A stretch of DNA of 64,000 nt from Enoplolaimus lenunculus (lineage: Eukaryota). Below the pieces are notes generated by a model. It was not told the origin of the DNA and did no database searches. It worked only from the letters and a program-made list of their open reading frames with translations. Numbering within the stretch: the first letter of the stretch is position 1; the number at the start of each line of letters is the position of its first letter. This document shows positions 11,311 through 23,700 of the stretch, one piece after another. The stretch covers positions 186,001 through 250,000 of the forward strand of contig JASANG010002365.1 of assembly GCA_030248215.1 (NCBI GenBank), written 5' to 3'. The translations under genes and the position numbers were made by a program.

Positions 11311-13509
11311 ATGCCTCACGTTGTAACGAAACAGCCGTTGTCAGTCATTTCGTCATGCGGTAAGATTTGCGGCTCCGCGCGGCGCCATTTTAAATATTTC
11401 GGCGTGGCCTTTGATGTGTCAATATGGCGGCTTATGTCAAAAGGTCTTTGCCACTTAAATTCTTAGCCTTCACCTAAACCTAATCCTAAATAAAAACAGA
11501 CGTGTAAGCCTAAGTAAAAGCTTATACACTTTCATACTCTACACACAAAAGAGTACTTATTTGTGAATTTATTCAGGAAAGTATTTTCTGTGGCATATCT
11601 GACAAGTTTTTCTGATATTTAAGACAATTTCTCAAAAAATAACTGGAAAACGTTTATTTTCAAACTTTATTTCAAAACTTTGCTGAAATCTTTTCTGTTA
11701 TAACAGAAATACTTTTCATGTGCGCGTTGCTAATTATATTTTACTTAAATGTAAGTAATTTTTTCTTAAATATCAGAAATATTATTTTGAGTGTATGTCT
11801 AAAGGTAAGGCTATAGTTTTGACGACGTCTGGCGCGTACGTCACACGTACGACACCGTTGGTGTCACCGCACGGTACCGTTTGTCACCCCGTCACCCGCA
11901 CCACGCCGTTCGTCACCGTACGATATCGTCTGTCACCCCGTCACCCGTACGACGCCGTTCGTCGCCGTACGGTACCGTCTGTCACTCCGTCGTCCACACG
12001 ACGCCTTTCGACGCCGTACGGTACCGTCTCTCACCCCGTCACCCGTACGACGCCGTTCGTCGCCGTACGGTACCGTCTGTCACTCCGTCGTCCACACGAC
12101 GCCTTTCGACGCCGTACGGTACCGTCTATCACCCCGTCACCCGCACGATGCCGTTCGTCGCTGTACGGTACCGTTTGTCACCCCGTCACCCGTACGACGC
12201 CGTTCGTCGCCGTACGGTACCGTCTATCACCCCGTCACCCGCACGATGCCGTTCGTCGCTGTACGGCACCGTCCGTCAGTATACGGTATCGTATATGAAA
12301 TATTCACGTACGATACAGCACAGATGACGGACGGCGCCGTACGACAAGTATAGCGCAACATTGAGCTTTTGATTGCGGTCGCTTTCACTTTGATTTGAAC
12401 AACGCTTAAGAAATAGCTTATTCTTTAATATTTTCGTAACAAAATATATTCTCTAACATACATTGTAAATTGGCTTTAATAATAAGAAAAATAACATCAA
12501 TTTTAAACTTTACTTAACAGATGGAGTACATAAGCTGACTAAAGTTAATATCCAAATAACAACGCTGCGAGCAGTTGCTTAAAATTTGCGGGTTTGAAAT
12601 TCAAAAAATGTTTGCGATTGCAACATTTGCTAAAATTTATGACTTTTTTTTGTCAATTTTAGCGAGTTCACCTCGCGGAGCGTGGGATACGTCAGTACCG
12701 CCGGGACTCGAAGCATTACGAGATATGGAAGAATTGTGTTTGCGACAAAAAATGGAATACGCTGAAAGTAACACGCCAATTGAGCTGTTTAGTCCACAAG
12801 TTTAAACCAGGGTCTCACGGTATCTTATACTCCTCCGAAAATTTACTATCCAGCAGAAAATGCCACATCTTTAGTCTGCCGGTAAGAACCTACCCAGGGG
12901 CAGGTTACGCCAAGGAGGGAGGCAGGTGGGAGCGGACACCCGCAACACCGAAATTTTTCGAAAAAACACTTAAATTTTTAAAACCAAAAAATAAAACGAT
13001 TCTAATTTTGACAAAATATCAACCTTTTTTGAGCGGCTTAATAATAACATCTATAAGTCTTCGCAGCCGCCGAAGGACTAATCTTGGGACTGCCAAAGCA
13101 TCGGCCATATAGGTTTTTAGAAAGGACTAAAATTCTACAGGGGTTAAAGATACAATACAACCGTCTGCCGGCACAAAAACATCCGCCCGGTCAGAAACTT
13201 TTCTAACGACGGACAAAATTAGACATGACACAACGTTTGGTAAAATGGTTCTGAATCATTAGGGCGGATCACATTTTCTAGCCCTTAGCGATGGGTACCA
13301 AGACGTCACATATAATACAAAAAAATAATTAAAAATAAAAAACATTTAAAACAAAGCGAAATTTGTTTATGATTTTTTTCACCATAAAAACTCATTTATC
13401 AATTGAAAATTATTTCAAATTCTGGTTCCTGTTCCTGTTCCGGTATCTGCAAAGAAATTCTGATTCCTGTTCCTGTTCCGGCAAAGTTTAGTTCCTGTTG
13501 CGAACCCTG

Positions 13510-13547
<38 letters not shown>

Positions 13548-16500
13548 TATATATGTATGTATGTATGTATATAATAATTTGAATTTCAGTGTTCACTTGC
13601 TGCGAAACAAGCAACAAATATGAAGTAAAGACAGTGACTGGAAAAACGTTGTATTATGCAAAAGAAGGTAAAATTGATTAATATTTTTAGAACAGGTCTC
13701 CTGATTAATGTTTAAAAACCTATTCGCGGGTGCAAGATTTTATAGAAAAAACTTGCACGCGCAACCTACACATGATCAAGTTGAGTAATAAAACAGCTTT
13801 AAAGTTTTTGGAGCTACCAATAATTCACTGTGAAATTCAAGCTAATAAATTCAATTTAGACTTGCGAACGAAGTTGCAAATCGATTACAATTATTGCATC
13901 TGCAGTTTGAGTTTGGCAATCGGAATCGGCCGTTGACACCGCATGAGACGGTGGCCTCTCAAAAGGCGTACGTCCTGCCCTGCAAAAAATGGTGAGTCAA
14001 ATTGACTCTCTTTGAAATAGGCTTTTCGAGACTACACACACTGAGTTAAATTCCACTCCGCCAGAGTCAAACGTGCGATTCAGTGCGTCGAATTTGACTC
14101 TGTCGGAGTCGAATTTTAGTTTGTGCAGTCCCGTCAAGCCTATTTCGGAGCGCGTCAATTTGACTTACCATTTTTTTGCAGTGTGGAGATGGACAATCGT
14201 ATCGTTGCGTTCGGCGAAAAATGTTCGCTGAAACTCAAACGCTGCGCACTATCCGTAGGCTTTCGGTAAATATCATTGTATTATCTGTAGGTTACGTCTT
14301 ATTACTGCAGATACAAATTGCTGTAATCGTAACTGTTGCGGTTCAACTCGCAGTTTTGATATGTTACTTCGCGACGCACAGGATAACAAAGTTCTACACA
14401 TCGAACGTTCATTTCGACCCTGTGCCGAAAACTGTTTGTACTGCTGTTGCGCTTGTTGTCAAAATGTACGCAGTTGATTCAAGCGAACGGGGTCAAAAAC
14501 TTGTTCAGTGTTGAGTTGAAAGTTTTTAATTGTAATCAGAAATCGCCATTTTATGAACTTATTGACCAAAAAAAGGTTTAACTTGTTGTTGTTGTTGTTG
14601 TTGTTGTTATTGTTGTTGTTTCTATGTTTGCAGACTTTACAAAATTTCCAGCAACAACAACAACAACAACTATAATTAATTACAGGCAGTCGAAGTTACA
14701 CCGCCTGGATCTGGCCGTGTTGTTGTTATTGTTATTGTTTCTATGTTTGCAGACTGCAAAATTTTCAGCAACAACAACAACAATAATAACAACAACAACA
14801 ACAACAACTATATTTAATTACAGGCAGTCGAAGTTACAGCGCCTGGATCTGGCCGGGTATTGGGTCGCGTTCAGGAAGACTGGCATCCATGTGTACCAAA
14901 ATATGAAGTACAAGATGATGATGGCAACGCAGTTTTGTACATAGAAGGCAAATGTTGTACGTGTTCGTTGCTTCCGTGTTGCAAAAAATGCCGAGATGTA
15001 ACATTTACTGTAAGTTTTTTACAAAAATCTTTTTGTTATCTGGCCGCTTTATATCGACACGAACGCTTGTATACAGATTAGCGCTGCTGCAAGCATTTTT
15101 AACCATCTAACCAACTTTAATAGCTACTAGTCAGCTGGTTTTGCGCAATGCGCTAAAGTTGAACGAATGCACAATAATCTGTCTGCAAATTTTCTTTTCT
15201 CACAAATAAAATATTAGGAACAAATAAAGTAATGCTAAAACGTTTCTCAAAATACGTATGTGTGGCATTCCTTAATATTTGGTCCCGCGGTCGGCGCTAT
15301 AAGGGTGCTTCCAAGGCAGTGTACGACTCGAAAGCATATCTGACTACACTGTAAATTCCAGGGAGTTGATTTTAACTCAGAATGAGTTGAATTACTCATT
15401 CTGAGAGTTAGGACAATCAGAAATCAGAATTCTGAGTTGATTCAACTTTATTCAGATTTAATTAATCAACTTCCTCGGAACCAATTCAACTTAGAGTGCA
15501 AGAATCAACGAGACTCAGAGTGACCCAAAGTTCGCTGTCGTTAACTCAGAAATAACTACCTTTCCGTCTGAGTTTATTATTTAACTTAGCGGCATTTACA
15601 GTACTCTGCAGTACAGTGTTTTTTCGTTAATATACCAAAAGTGGATGATTACGGACAGGCGAATGCAGCTGTCGGATTTCGCGTGGTACAAAAAGTTCCA
15701 TAATGCGATGCATTTTTGCTGCCGCCCCCTTATTTAGGGAGGGGTCCATGTCCCATGATAATATTCTGTAGTTTTAAGACCGTATACGGAGCACTCTTTG
15801 GCATGGTATGTCATATATTTCTTTGGCTCTGTGCAAACTTCAACCCCCTTCTAAATAATGGGGTGTAGGCCAAACCGCAACGTGCGCTGGGTACATTCAA
15901 TTGTACACAAAATGTACCCAGTTGCACACTCTTGAAGGGGGGGGGGGGGTTGGCCAAAAACGCAACGCGTGCCAAGTACATTCTTTTCCAAAGAGAATGT
16001 GCTCAATTGCACACTGTTGTTAAATAGGTATTATCCACTCTTGGTTATACTGATTAATGGAGTCTGACTTTTAAAACGACTACCAGCATTAAATATGCTT
16101 TAAGTTGAGAAATTTAGCAATTTGTTTGAGTGATATTCAAAATTTTGCCATTCATAAAAAACGTATGTATCAAAATTGAAATTTTATTTTGCAGATTACA
16201 ACAGCGAAGACAGATGAACAAGTTGGATTTATAAAGAAACAGTGGAGCGGGTATGGCAAAGAATTAATGTCTGACGCTGACGTTTTCGGCATATCGTTTC
16301 CAAGTGATTTAGCAATTGCGACAAAGGCAACGCTACTTGGAGCGACATTTTTAATTGTAAGCCCATGATAAAATCTGTTATTTACCAATACGAATCACAG
16401 CTGGTACGCCTCATATACGACTTTTGGGCAGCGTTCCAGCTGTGTATCGTTTCATATATAAACGAGAGACATCGCACATTCTCAAAGAAGAACAAATTCT

Positions 16501-17202
16501 TTGGAAGGCAATGTACAGTGTACACCATGTAGTAAAGAGTTAGTGAAAAAGAAATGTAAACAAAATGTATATATGTCGTAGTGAAGTCGTAATTCAGCCC
16601 AATTCCGAATTGGATAAGTCCAGCGTGGAATTACGACTTGGGCTAGCCCACGGCGTAATTCTTTTTCTGCTACAAGTGCACGCCTTGCGATTGGTTGTTA
16701 CCTTCAATCTTAAATGCCATACTCAAATACGATTGGCTGATGCGAATACACTTTTCTGATTGGCTAAGTAACCGTTAAGTATCTGTTGGTTACCAAGCAG
16801 TGTGTTTTCCGAAGCTAATTTGCTGTTTCAATAAGCTAATTTGCCGCTATAAATAACCAATCAGAAAACGCACAGCTTTATCAGATATGATTCAACCTTG
16901 GGCTAGCCCAGGTCCCTAGTTCCGCTTTGGAACAGCCCAATTCGAAATTGGGACGAATTTACGACTTGGGCTACAACATATATACTACGCAATTTTCAAA
17001 AATAAAAGGGTTTGGGTGAAATGTTTTAGGGTTGCAGATTTTGCAACAACATTTACTAGCACATAATTGTGAAGCGAGTTGTTACTGTTCCTGATTTATA
17101 CATATTAGTGCTTAAAAGACTACGCTCAGGAGCTGTATATGTATCTGAATTCTTTTTCAGGATTTCATGTTTTTCGAGCACAGCAGTGATGGTTTTGACT
17201 GA
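11311..17202 (+). CDS. PLSCR: Phospholipid scramblase (PLSCR/SCRM family), paralogue 1; 7 exons, ~258 aa
   Basis: Exons with GT-AG boundaries and matching phases: 11311-11359, 12663-12767, 13590-13667, 14311-14465, 14824-15009, 16195-16356, 17161-17202 (777 nt). Family motifs: PPGLEAL, CETSNKY, EDTNCCNRNCCG..RSFDM, Cys-rich segment, KQWSG..KELMSDADVFGISFP.DL...KATLLGATFLIDFMFFE. Exon 1 is the least certain. Confidence 0.92.
11803..12361. repeat. 49-bp GC-rich minisatellite (~9 copies) inside a Harbinger-like MITE, intron 1 of scramblase 1
   Basis: Unit GTCACCCGTACGACGCCGTTCGTCGCCGTACGGTACCGTCTGTCACCCC. Ends GCTATA ... AAGTATAGCGCAAC resemble the element at 3646-3809. Confidence 0.8.
13978..14183. 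mobile_element. Family C MITE
   Basis: CTGCAAAAAATGGTGAGTCAAATTGACTC ... TTTTTGCAGTG. Confidence 0.8.
15347..15603. mobile_element. CACTG-ended MITE (family D; CACTGTAAATT ends, GAGTT/AACTC-rich interior)
   Basis: TA|CACTGTAAATTCCAG ... ATTTACAGT. Many copies lie between 45.7 and 53.2 kb. Confidence 0.8.
15635..16044. mobile_element. MITE with CCAAGAGTGGATAAT-type ends (family G)
   Basis: CCAAAAGTGGATGAT ... ATTATCCACTCTTGG. Related copy at 24091-24392, fragments at ~60-190 and ending at 58800. Confidence 0.6.
16574..16978. mobile_element. TA-flanked TIR element (TGTCGTAG...CTACAACA)
   Basis: Inverted ends AAGTCGTAATTC..CCCAATT / AATTGGG..GAATTTACGACTT. A short relative lies at ~4566-4632. 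Confidence 0.55.
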
Positions 17203-17914
17203 ACATGAACCTTAAAATAAAAATCACTACACGGAGTTTTAATGCATTGTTTACTTTAATTTGTGTACGCAATGTAGAAATTGTCAGTCAGTAGTAATAT
17301 GGAAGGTTCTGTTTCGAATTTTGACTTCCGTAAGCCAATGTTGTCGTTTAAAAAATCGCTTGTATCACTAAATTCAGCAAATTTTTTGTCTGATGTATAA
17401 TATTTGCCACCAACGCCCCTTCATAAACGGATATATAGAACCTACGCTGTTTTGAGGAGATATATTTAAATTTACCATTTTATACAGTGACGTACTATAC
17501 GACAACGCAGCTACACACCAAAATAGAGCAATACCTACGAAACTTGTTTTATAGATTGAAACTTTGTTCCTGACAGTTTCACCGAGACACTACGGTGGGT
17601 AATCTTAAGCTGTAATGCCCAACAAGCTTATGTATTTTGGTCAACTTACTACCAGCATTACTTTGTTTGCAATATTTTCTTTATTGAACAAAAATGTGAT
17701 TCGTTCCGTGAAAAGAAAACTTAAATGCAGATTGTTGTGCACTGTAATTTTAGTTAATTGATTTTAACTCAGAATGAATTGCTCCACCCAGAAGTCTTAG
17801 CTCTTGGGCCTCCTAAAGTTTTCAACCTTGCATGTAACTCATTGAAAAGCCTTGAACACCCTCCTGAAACATTTTCACACCCCTAGCAAGGTGAGCTGGC
17901 TACTAGCCTGCTCG

Positions 17915-18105
17915 AGAATTTGAATTTTCCCACCAAAATTTGAATTTTCCGGCCAAAATTCAAATTTCCCTCCAAAATTTGAATTTTCCCGCCAAAATTT
18001 GATTTTGTTGTCATAATTTGAATTTCCCGGCTAAAATTGAATTTTCGCGCCAAAAGTGTTATTTCCTGCAGTTTTATAAATTCACCCACACAGTTTGAAT
18101 TTCCT
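17915..18105. repeat. ~21-bp minisatellite AAAATTTGAATTTTCCCGCC
   Basis: About 8 degenerate tandem copies are directly visible. Confidence 0.8.
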
Positions 18106-20571
18106 GGAAAACTTTAGAAGTCCACACACTATTTGTGGATATTTAACTTGTCCGCTACACCGTTGCCGAAAACGACCAAATGTCCATCAATTTGTGTCGC
18201 AAGTGATGCGATGAAAATTGCTTTTTGTATTAAACAGTATGGACATTTATACTGTTTTTCAAAAAATAGCATCGTTGCATGTGCGAAGTTTACGCATTAT
18301 AACGTGTAAGTCACATTATATCAACACAATCCTTTGTAAGAATCCAAGACTACAAACAACAGCTGATTTTTGTATAAAAACTGCGCGAGAGCGAATTTAT
18401 TTTCAATGAATGTTTTAGATTCCTACATCAAATTATAGTTTGGTGGCTTTTTATGTACGGCTGGGATTTTAAGAAAAATGTTTACAATATAAATACCAAA
18501 AAAAATCTCAAACCACACACTATATTGGAGCCAAAATTTATGTCAGAACAAAATTGGGTCTGAAAGCAGGCTTCAAAATGAACAAATTCAAAAGCTGATG
18601 CAGGATCTTTATAGGCAGACTCAGGTGAGACGAAAGGTAGCGAAAATATTGTTTTAATTTGTTAATAGTTTTAGCAAATATCTGCAATGTGTTGTCTGAA
18701 ATCGTTCGACTTTTCGCATATTTTTTTACAAAATTTCGTTACTGTTTTCCTCAAAATTGTGCCAAAAATTAAAACGAATGGCAGCAAACAGAAAAATTTT
18801 GCAAAAATATGCCAAATTTCCCTACCGAAATTTCCGAAACCTTCGACAAAAATTCTTCCGTACCCGGAACCAATGGAACTTGTATTAAAGATTTTACATA
18901 GCTAGTGCGTATTTTCGACATTTTTTTCGTACATTTGTTTCAGGTTTGGTCAAAGTTAGTTAAGACAGAATCAGTGTAAAACGCCAAATTTTGTAGCCAA
19001 TTAGATGGAAAGCAGAACGCGACGGGGAGTTTTGAACGGATGACATTCAGATATTTCAAAAACTCAACTCTAAACTAAAATTTATTTTCGCAAGAACAAA
19101 CTAACAATTATAGAAGTGTTAGTGTACGATTTGGACTTCGCAATTTGGCCCTGTTTGAGGCTAAAACATCCGAAAACTATAGGTTCTTGACTCATGCAAC
19201 TCTAAGTGATTTGTTTCGGGTTAGTACGCTCTGGAGTGTTAACACCGTGTTTTGCAGGTTTAATACAAGTAACAGAACAAATAATACAGCAGCGTACACC
19301 ATATAAACGTAGGCAACGCCAATTTGACTCACGAAATACGCAATTTTACGAAATTTCGGGATAACTCGAGATTGTGTCAAAATTAGGACTATAGCCACGT
19401 TTTACGTCAAATCCGGGGTTAAACTGTTCAAAAAGCAGCGAATTCACTGCAATTCTGCTCAAACAAATACTGCGCGGCAGGAATAACAATATGCAAGCCG
19501 CCGGATCCATAGTTGCACAATTTGCAACACAAAACACGCAATTTCCGCAGTTTCCAGAGTATCACCAAAATACACCTATTTCCGGGCACTAGGTCGGTAC
19601 TTTTGCTAAAAATCGGTAAATAGCCGTCAATTTGGCTCAATTTCACTAGAATTACTAAAACCTCGGCTAAACTCGTAATACACGCGATATCCGCAATACA
19701 CGTAAAAATGACTTCTCTGAAAATGTCCGAATTCGCTCCAGCAAGCTAGCTACGTTAATAATAATTATTTAGGCTGAAAAACTCAAGGATAAGTCTCGGA
19801 AAATTGGCAGAAAATAAGTTGGGGAATTTTGGGGAGATTTTTGGTAAATTTAAGGGTTTTGAATAGGAAAATGGAATGCGCGAGCAAAAATAACCCAAAA
19901 CTGATTATTTGATATAATACTTTACCATTGAAAAATAATGACAATATATTCGTTTTTCAATAAACTTAGCAATGTTACTAGTTAGGTTTATGGATCTATA
20001 ATTTTTGACTAATTTTTACATCTTTCTTGTGCAGAGGAGAAATTAAGCATGATTTCGAAACTATTGGAAAAGCGAATGCTCTACCGTGGCGCTGCGCTAA
20101 GCGTCTGGCCTTCAACATTCCTTTAAAATTTGGCTGCCGACAGTTTCCCGCAATTTAACTTGTTAACCCAGGTCCCTCAGAATGTAATTTTTTGAAATGT
20201 CTGACCAACGTGACGATTGGCTTTGGTTCGATGTAAATTTATTATTAAGCATGTAGGACATGCGTGTCCCTCCCAGTGCAATACATGCAATAAACAGCAT
20301 GTGTATGTTTGCTTCGTGCGGACATATAGTCCTCGAGAACGTTCTCCGGAGTATATATTTATAGCTTAAAAGTTCAAAACCAACCCGTAACAGCTTTTTC
20401 AGCTGCACTGTAAAAACGTTTCATGGGCTCATTGTACCTACCTAGACTGATAGAGCGATGCAGAGTTTAGCTACTCAGTTTGCATATCGTTGCATTTATA
20501 GATATGTATATTTAATTAAAATTTAGTAAATACGTAGTGTATTTCGGTCTCGAGACTATCACATTGTTGGA

Positions 20572-20646
20572 ATGGCTGACGACGATGTGATTATTAAACA
20601 ACCGACCTCAGGTAAAATTAAGGTTTATTCTAGCTTGTTTGCAAAA

Positions 20647-20701
<55 letters not shown>

Positions 20702-20703
20702 GC

Positions 20704-20737
<34 letters not shown>

Positions 20738-23700
20738 GGCGGCATAGCGTCACGAAGAATACAGAGTTCTCCGGGCAAACGCTACCACCCCCGCGGGGTT
20801 TGTCCGCAGGACGCTGAGATCGGGGCATGGGTCCCTTAAGTGTCGTATACGGGCCGATGTTAGCGCTGGACAATGTATGAGCCAGTGATTCAAGTCTTGT
20901 GGTGCTTCTTTACATTTGCAGCAAATAGGGTCGAAACCGGGCTTGACGACCGCCTTATAAGCCGCAAGTTGAAGGCAATGACCTGCTCGGAGACGTGCGA
21001 GCAAAACTGCATCCTTGCGGCTAAGGCAGCTGTCATTATCGACCGGGCCATCATAGATGATTCGTAGTGACATCTTGTCAGGCGGAGCGTCACGAAATGC
21101 CCTTCTGGAAGCCGATACTGCCGCTGCTAGTGTAACATCGTTCTGAGCTGCGCTGTCCTCAATTGCTGTTGCTGCTTTGGCTGCTGCATCGACTGTCTCG
21201 TTTCCGATAAGGCCGATATGACCAGGGACCCATTGCAGATTTATTCTTCCTCTCGCTCGACGTAAAGCTTTCATTGTCTGTGCCGCTTCTGTTGTTGTGT
21301 TGCTGTTGTTGTTTGCCATACATCTTAATGCCGCACGGCTGTCGGAGCAGATGAGGGTCTCATCAGTGACGTTGTTTTCATATAGCCAATTGGCAGCAAG
21401 TTCCAGAGCTATCAGTTCCGTTTCATACGAGCAGGTCAACGGCGGCACACCTTGTTCGAATCGTTGACAGGGTGTCTTGCATCAATATATCATCAGAACA
21501 ACTTTTGGAGCTAACGTCCAACAAGTCCGGGTAGCTATGCAATTGAGTGCTGTGCACCCACGGTGGCTCATGAAGAACTGTTATCGCTTGTCGTTCCCGT
21601 GACCAGCTGTTGCCGAGGGACGTTTGGGCCAATCGCTGGCCCATTTGACGGAAGCTGCTCCTGATTTTCAAGCGGTGTTGTTGTTGTTGCTGCTGCTGTT
21701 TTGTTGTTGTTGTTGCTGCTGCTGCTGTTTTGTTGTTGTTGTTGTTGTTGTTGTTGTTCTTGTTGTTTTGTTGTTGTTGCATTTTGCTCACGCGTCGCGA
21801 CAAGCCAGTGTCCTTCGAGCCAACGCGCGCACATCTCTCGGGAGTTCCCTAATCGGAAATACCATAAAGGTCTCGCCTCGAAAAAGTATTCCACGGTCGT
21901 GTTGAATTGCCTGGCAATTGGTCAGACAATGTTCTACGGTTTTCGGTTCTTCCTTTCATAATTCGCAAACTGGATCGTGCCCCGGTTTTATCACTGTCAT
22001 ATATATTCGGATGGTGTCCAGTTCGGAACCTCGCCAAATTAGTGTTGTCCTCCTTGGTCAAACCCGCTTCAATTTTTGACCTCGTCTTCGATACATATGT
22101 CGCCTTTGGCCGTTGAGATTTAATGTCTCCTTCTGTTTCCTTCCTCACCCATCTCTTGATCAATCCTTTCACTGTACTCCTGTCAATTACAATCCTTTCC
22201 TATACAATTTTTGTGTTCCCTTCGCCTTCAGATTAGCCCCGTCATTTTCCTTCACCCTACAGTGTCCCGGAATTCATGGCACAGTTACGTTTTTCTTGCA
22301 CTTCCGGCTCTTCCATCGTTCCACAAAGCTCAGCTATTATCACTGTTGTTAAACAGTAGCAGATGTAAGCATTGAAACCGTTCCGTTCATTAGAAGTTTA
22401 ATGTTTGAGATATTTTTCAAATTATAACTATAACGCTTTGTCTTCTGAAGTTTAGTTTCGATCACGGTTGTTTTTCACTATTTACATCAATAGAAAATAC
22501 AGTGTATTTCAGCTGCATTTATGAAAATATTAAAATCGTCACATATATACAGTTATTGCACAACTAATTACACGACATGGGAGAAATAGAAATTGTTTGC
22601 TATTTACAGGCGATATTCCGCTGGTACCTGTTGATGGTTCTCTGCCACCTTCTCTGGAACAATTAAGAGATATGGAAGAGTTGTGCATCAAACAAAAAGT
22701 GGAATATATGGAAAGTATGTGCATTGTATGCCAGGCTTGGCAGCTACTTGTTAAGTAAGACAACATTTATTTTGGTCGTTGAAAAACATTCCTGACACGC
22801 GGTTGTGAAAATGGCACTGAAATACGTGATTTTGTTGACAGAGTAAAATTTAGTATTCCCAACAATATCATTTCAAAATATGTTGTTAAATATTGCAGCA
22901 GTGTTAAAAATAGAAATTTGTGTCAAACATATAAATTGAACTAGAGTTGCACCGGATCGGAATTTATACAGAAACCGGGGCTGAGACAATTAAAATAGCC
23001 ACGATGTTATACTACAGCCATTAGCAAGATTCAGACTTCTAACGCCTTGCATGAACAACAAACAAAACTCGGTACAACATCTTAAAAGAATTACCGTTAC
23101 AAAAGTTTACTAATCAATTGGTTATGGATTGGGTAAATAAGTAATATGTACATAATAAATGACATGTAACAGGAATAATTCATATGTTTCAGTATTTTCG
23201 TGTTGCGAAACTGCAAATAGATACAGCGTGAAAACGGTTACAGGCAAGAAAATGTTCTCAGCGAAAGAAGGTATTTTATAATTCATTTTGTTACGCGTAT
23301 ACATAAGATTAAGTCCGTATTGCTAATTCAAAATGTAGTAAATGTTACTTAGCGGCACTCAAATAACAGCTGTTCTTTCGTGGCCTAAGGTATCCCAAGT
23401 GTTTACGTGACAAAGCTTAACATCTAGCCGATGCATTTTTAACACTTTATTACAGTTTAGGCTTAGAAATCGGAATATATACGCTGAGATATATATTATA
23501 ACGTCCCTTAATAACATTGGTCATCTTTATTAGGTCTTCTAGCGTTATTGTAACCCAATAATGATCTCGAATGTACACGGGCACATGAAAACATTTGAAC
23601 ACATGTATGGCAGAAAACAAATATGTAAAAGTAAAACAATCAGTTCCGTGGCAGTTGGCTTAAATACAATGGCTTAAATACAAATGATTGCTTCAATTTT

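Noticed and set aside
11795..12327. 167-aa and 148-aa ORFs
   Set aside because: Products of a stop-poor 49-bp minisatellite inside a scramblase intron.
20612..20873. Poly-Cys, poly-Gln and poly-Val ORFs (also 21568-21961)
   Set aside because: (TTG)n/(CAA)n retroelement tails. Only 20572-20611 is coding (scramblase-2 exon 1).
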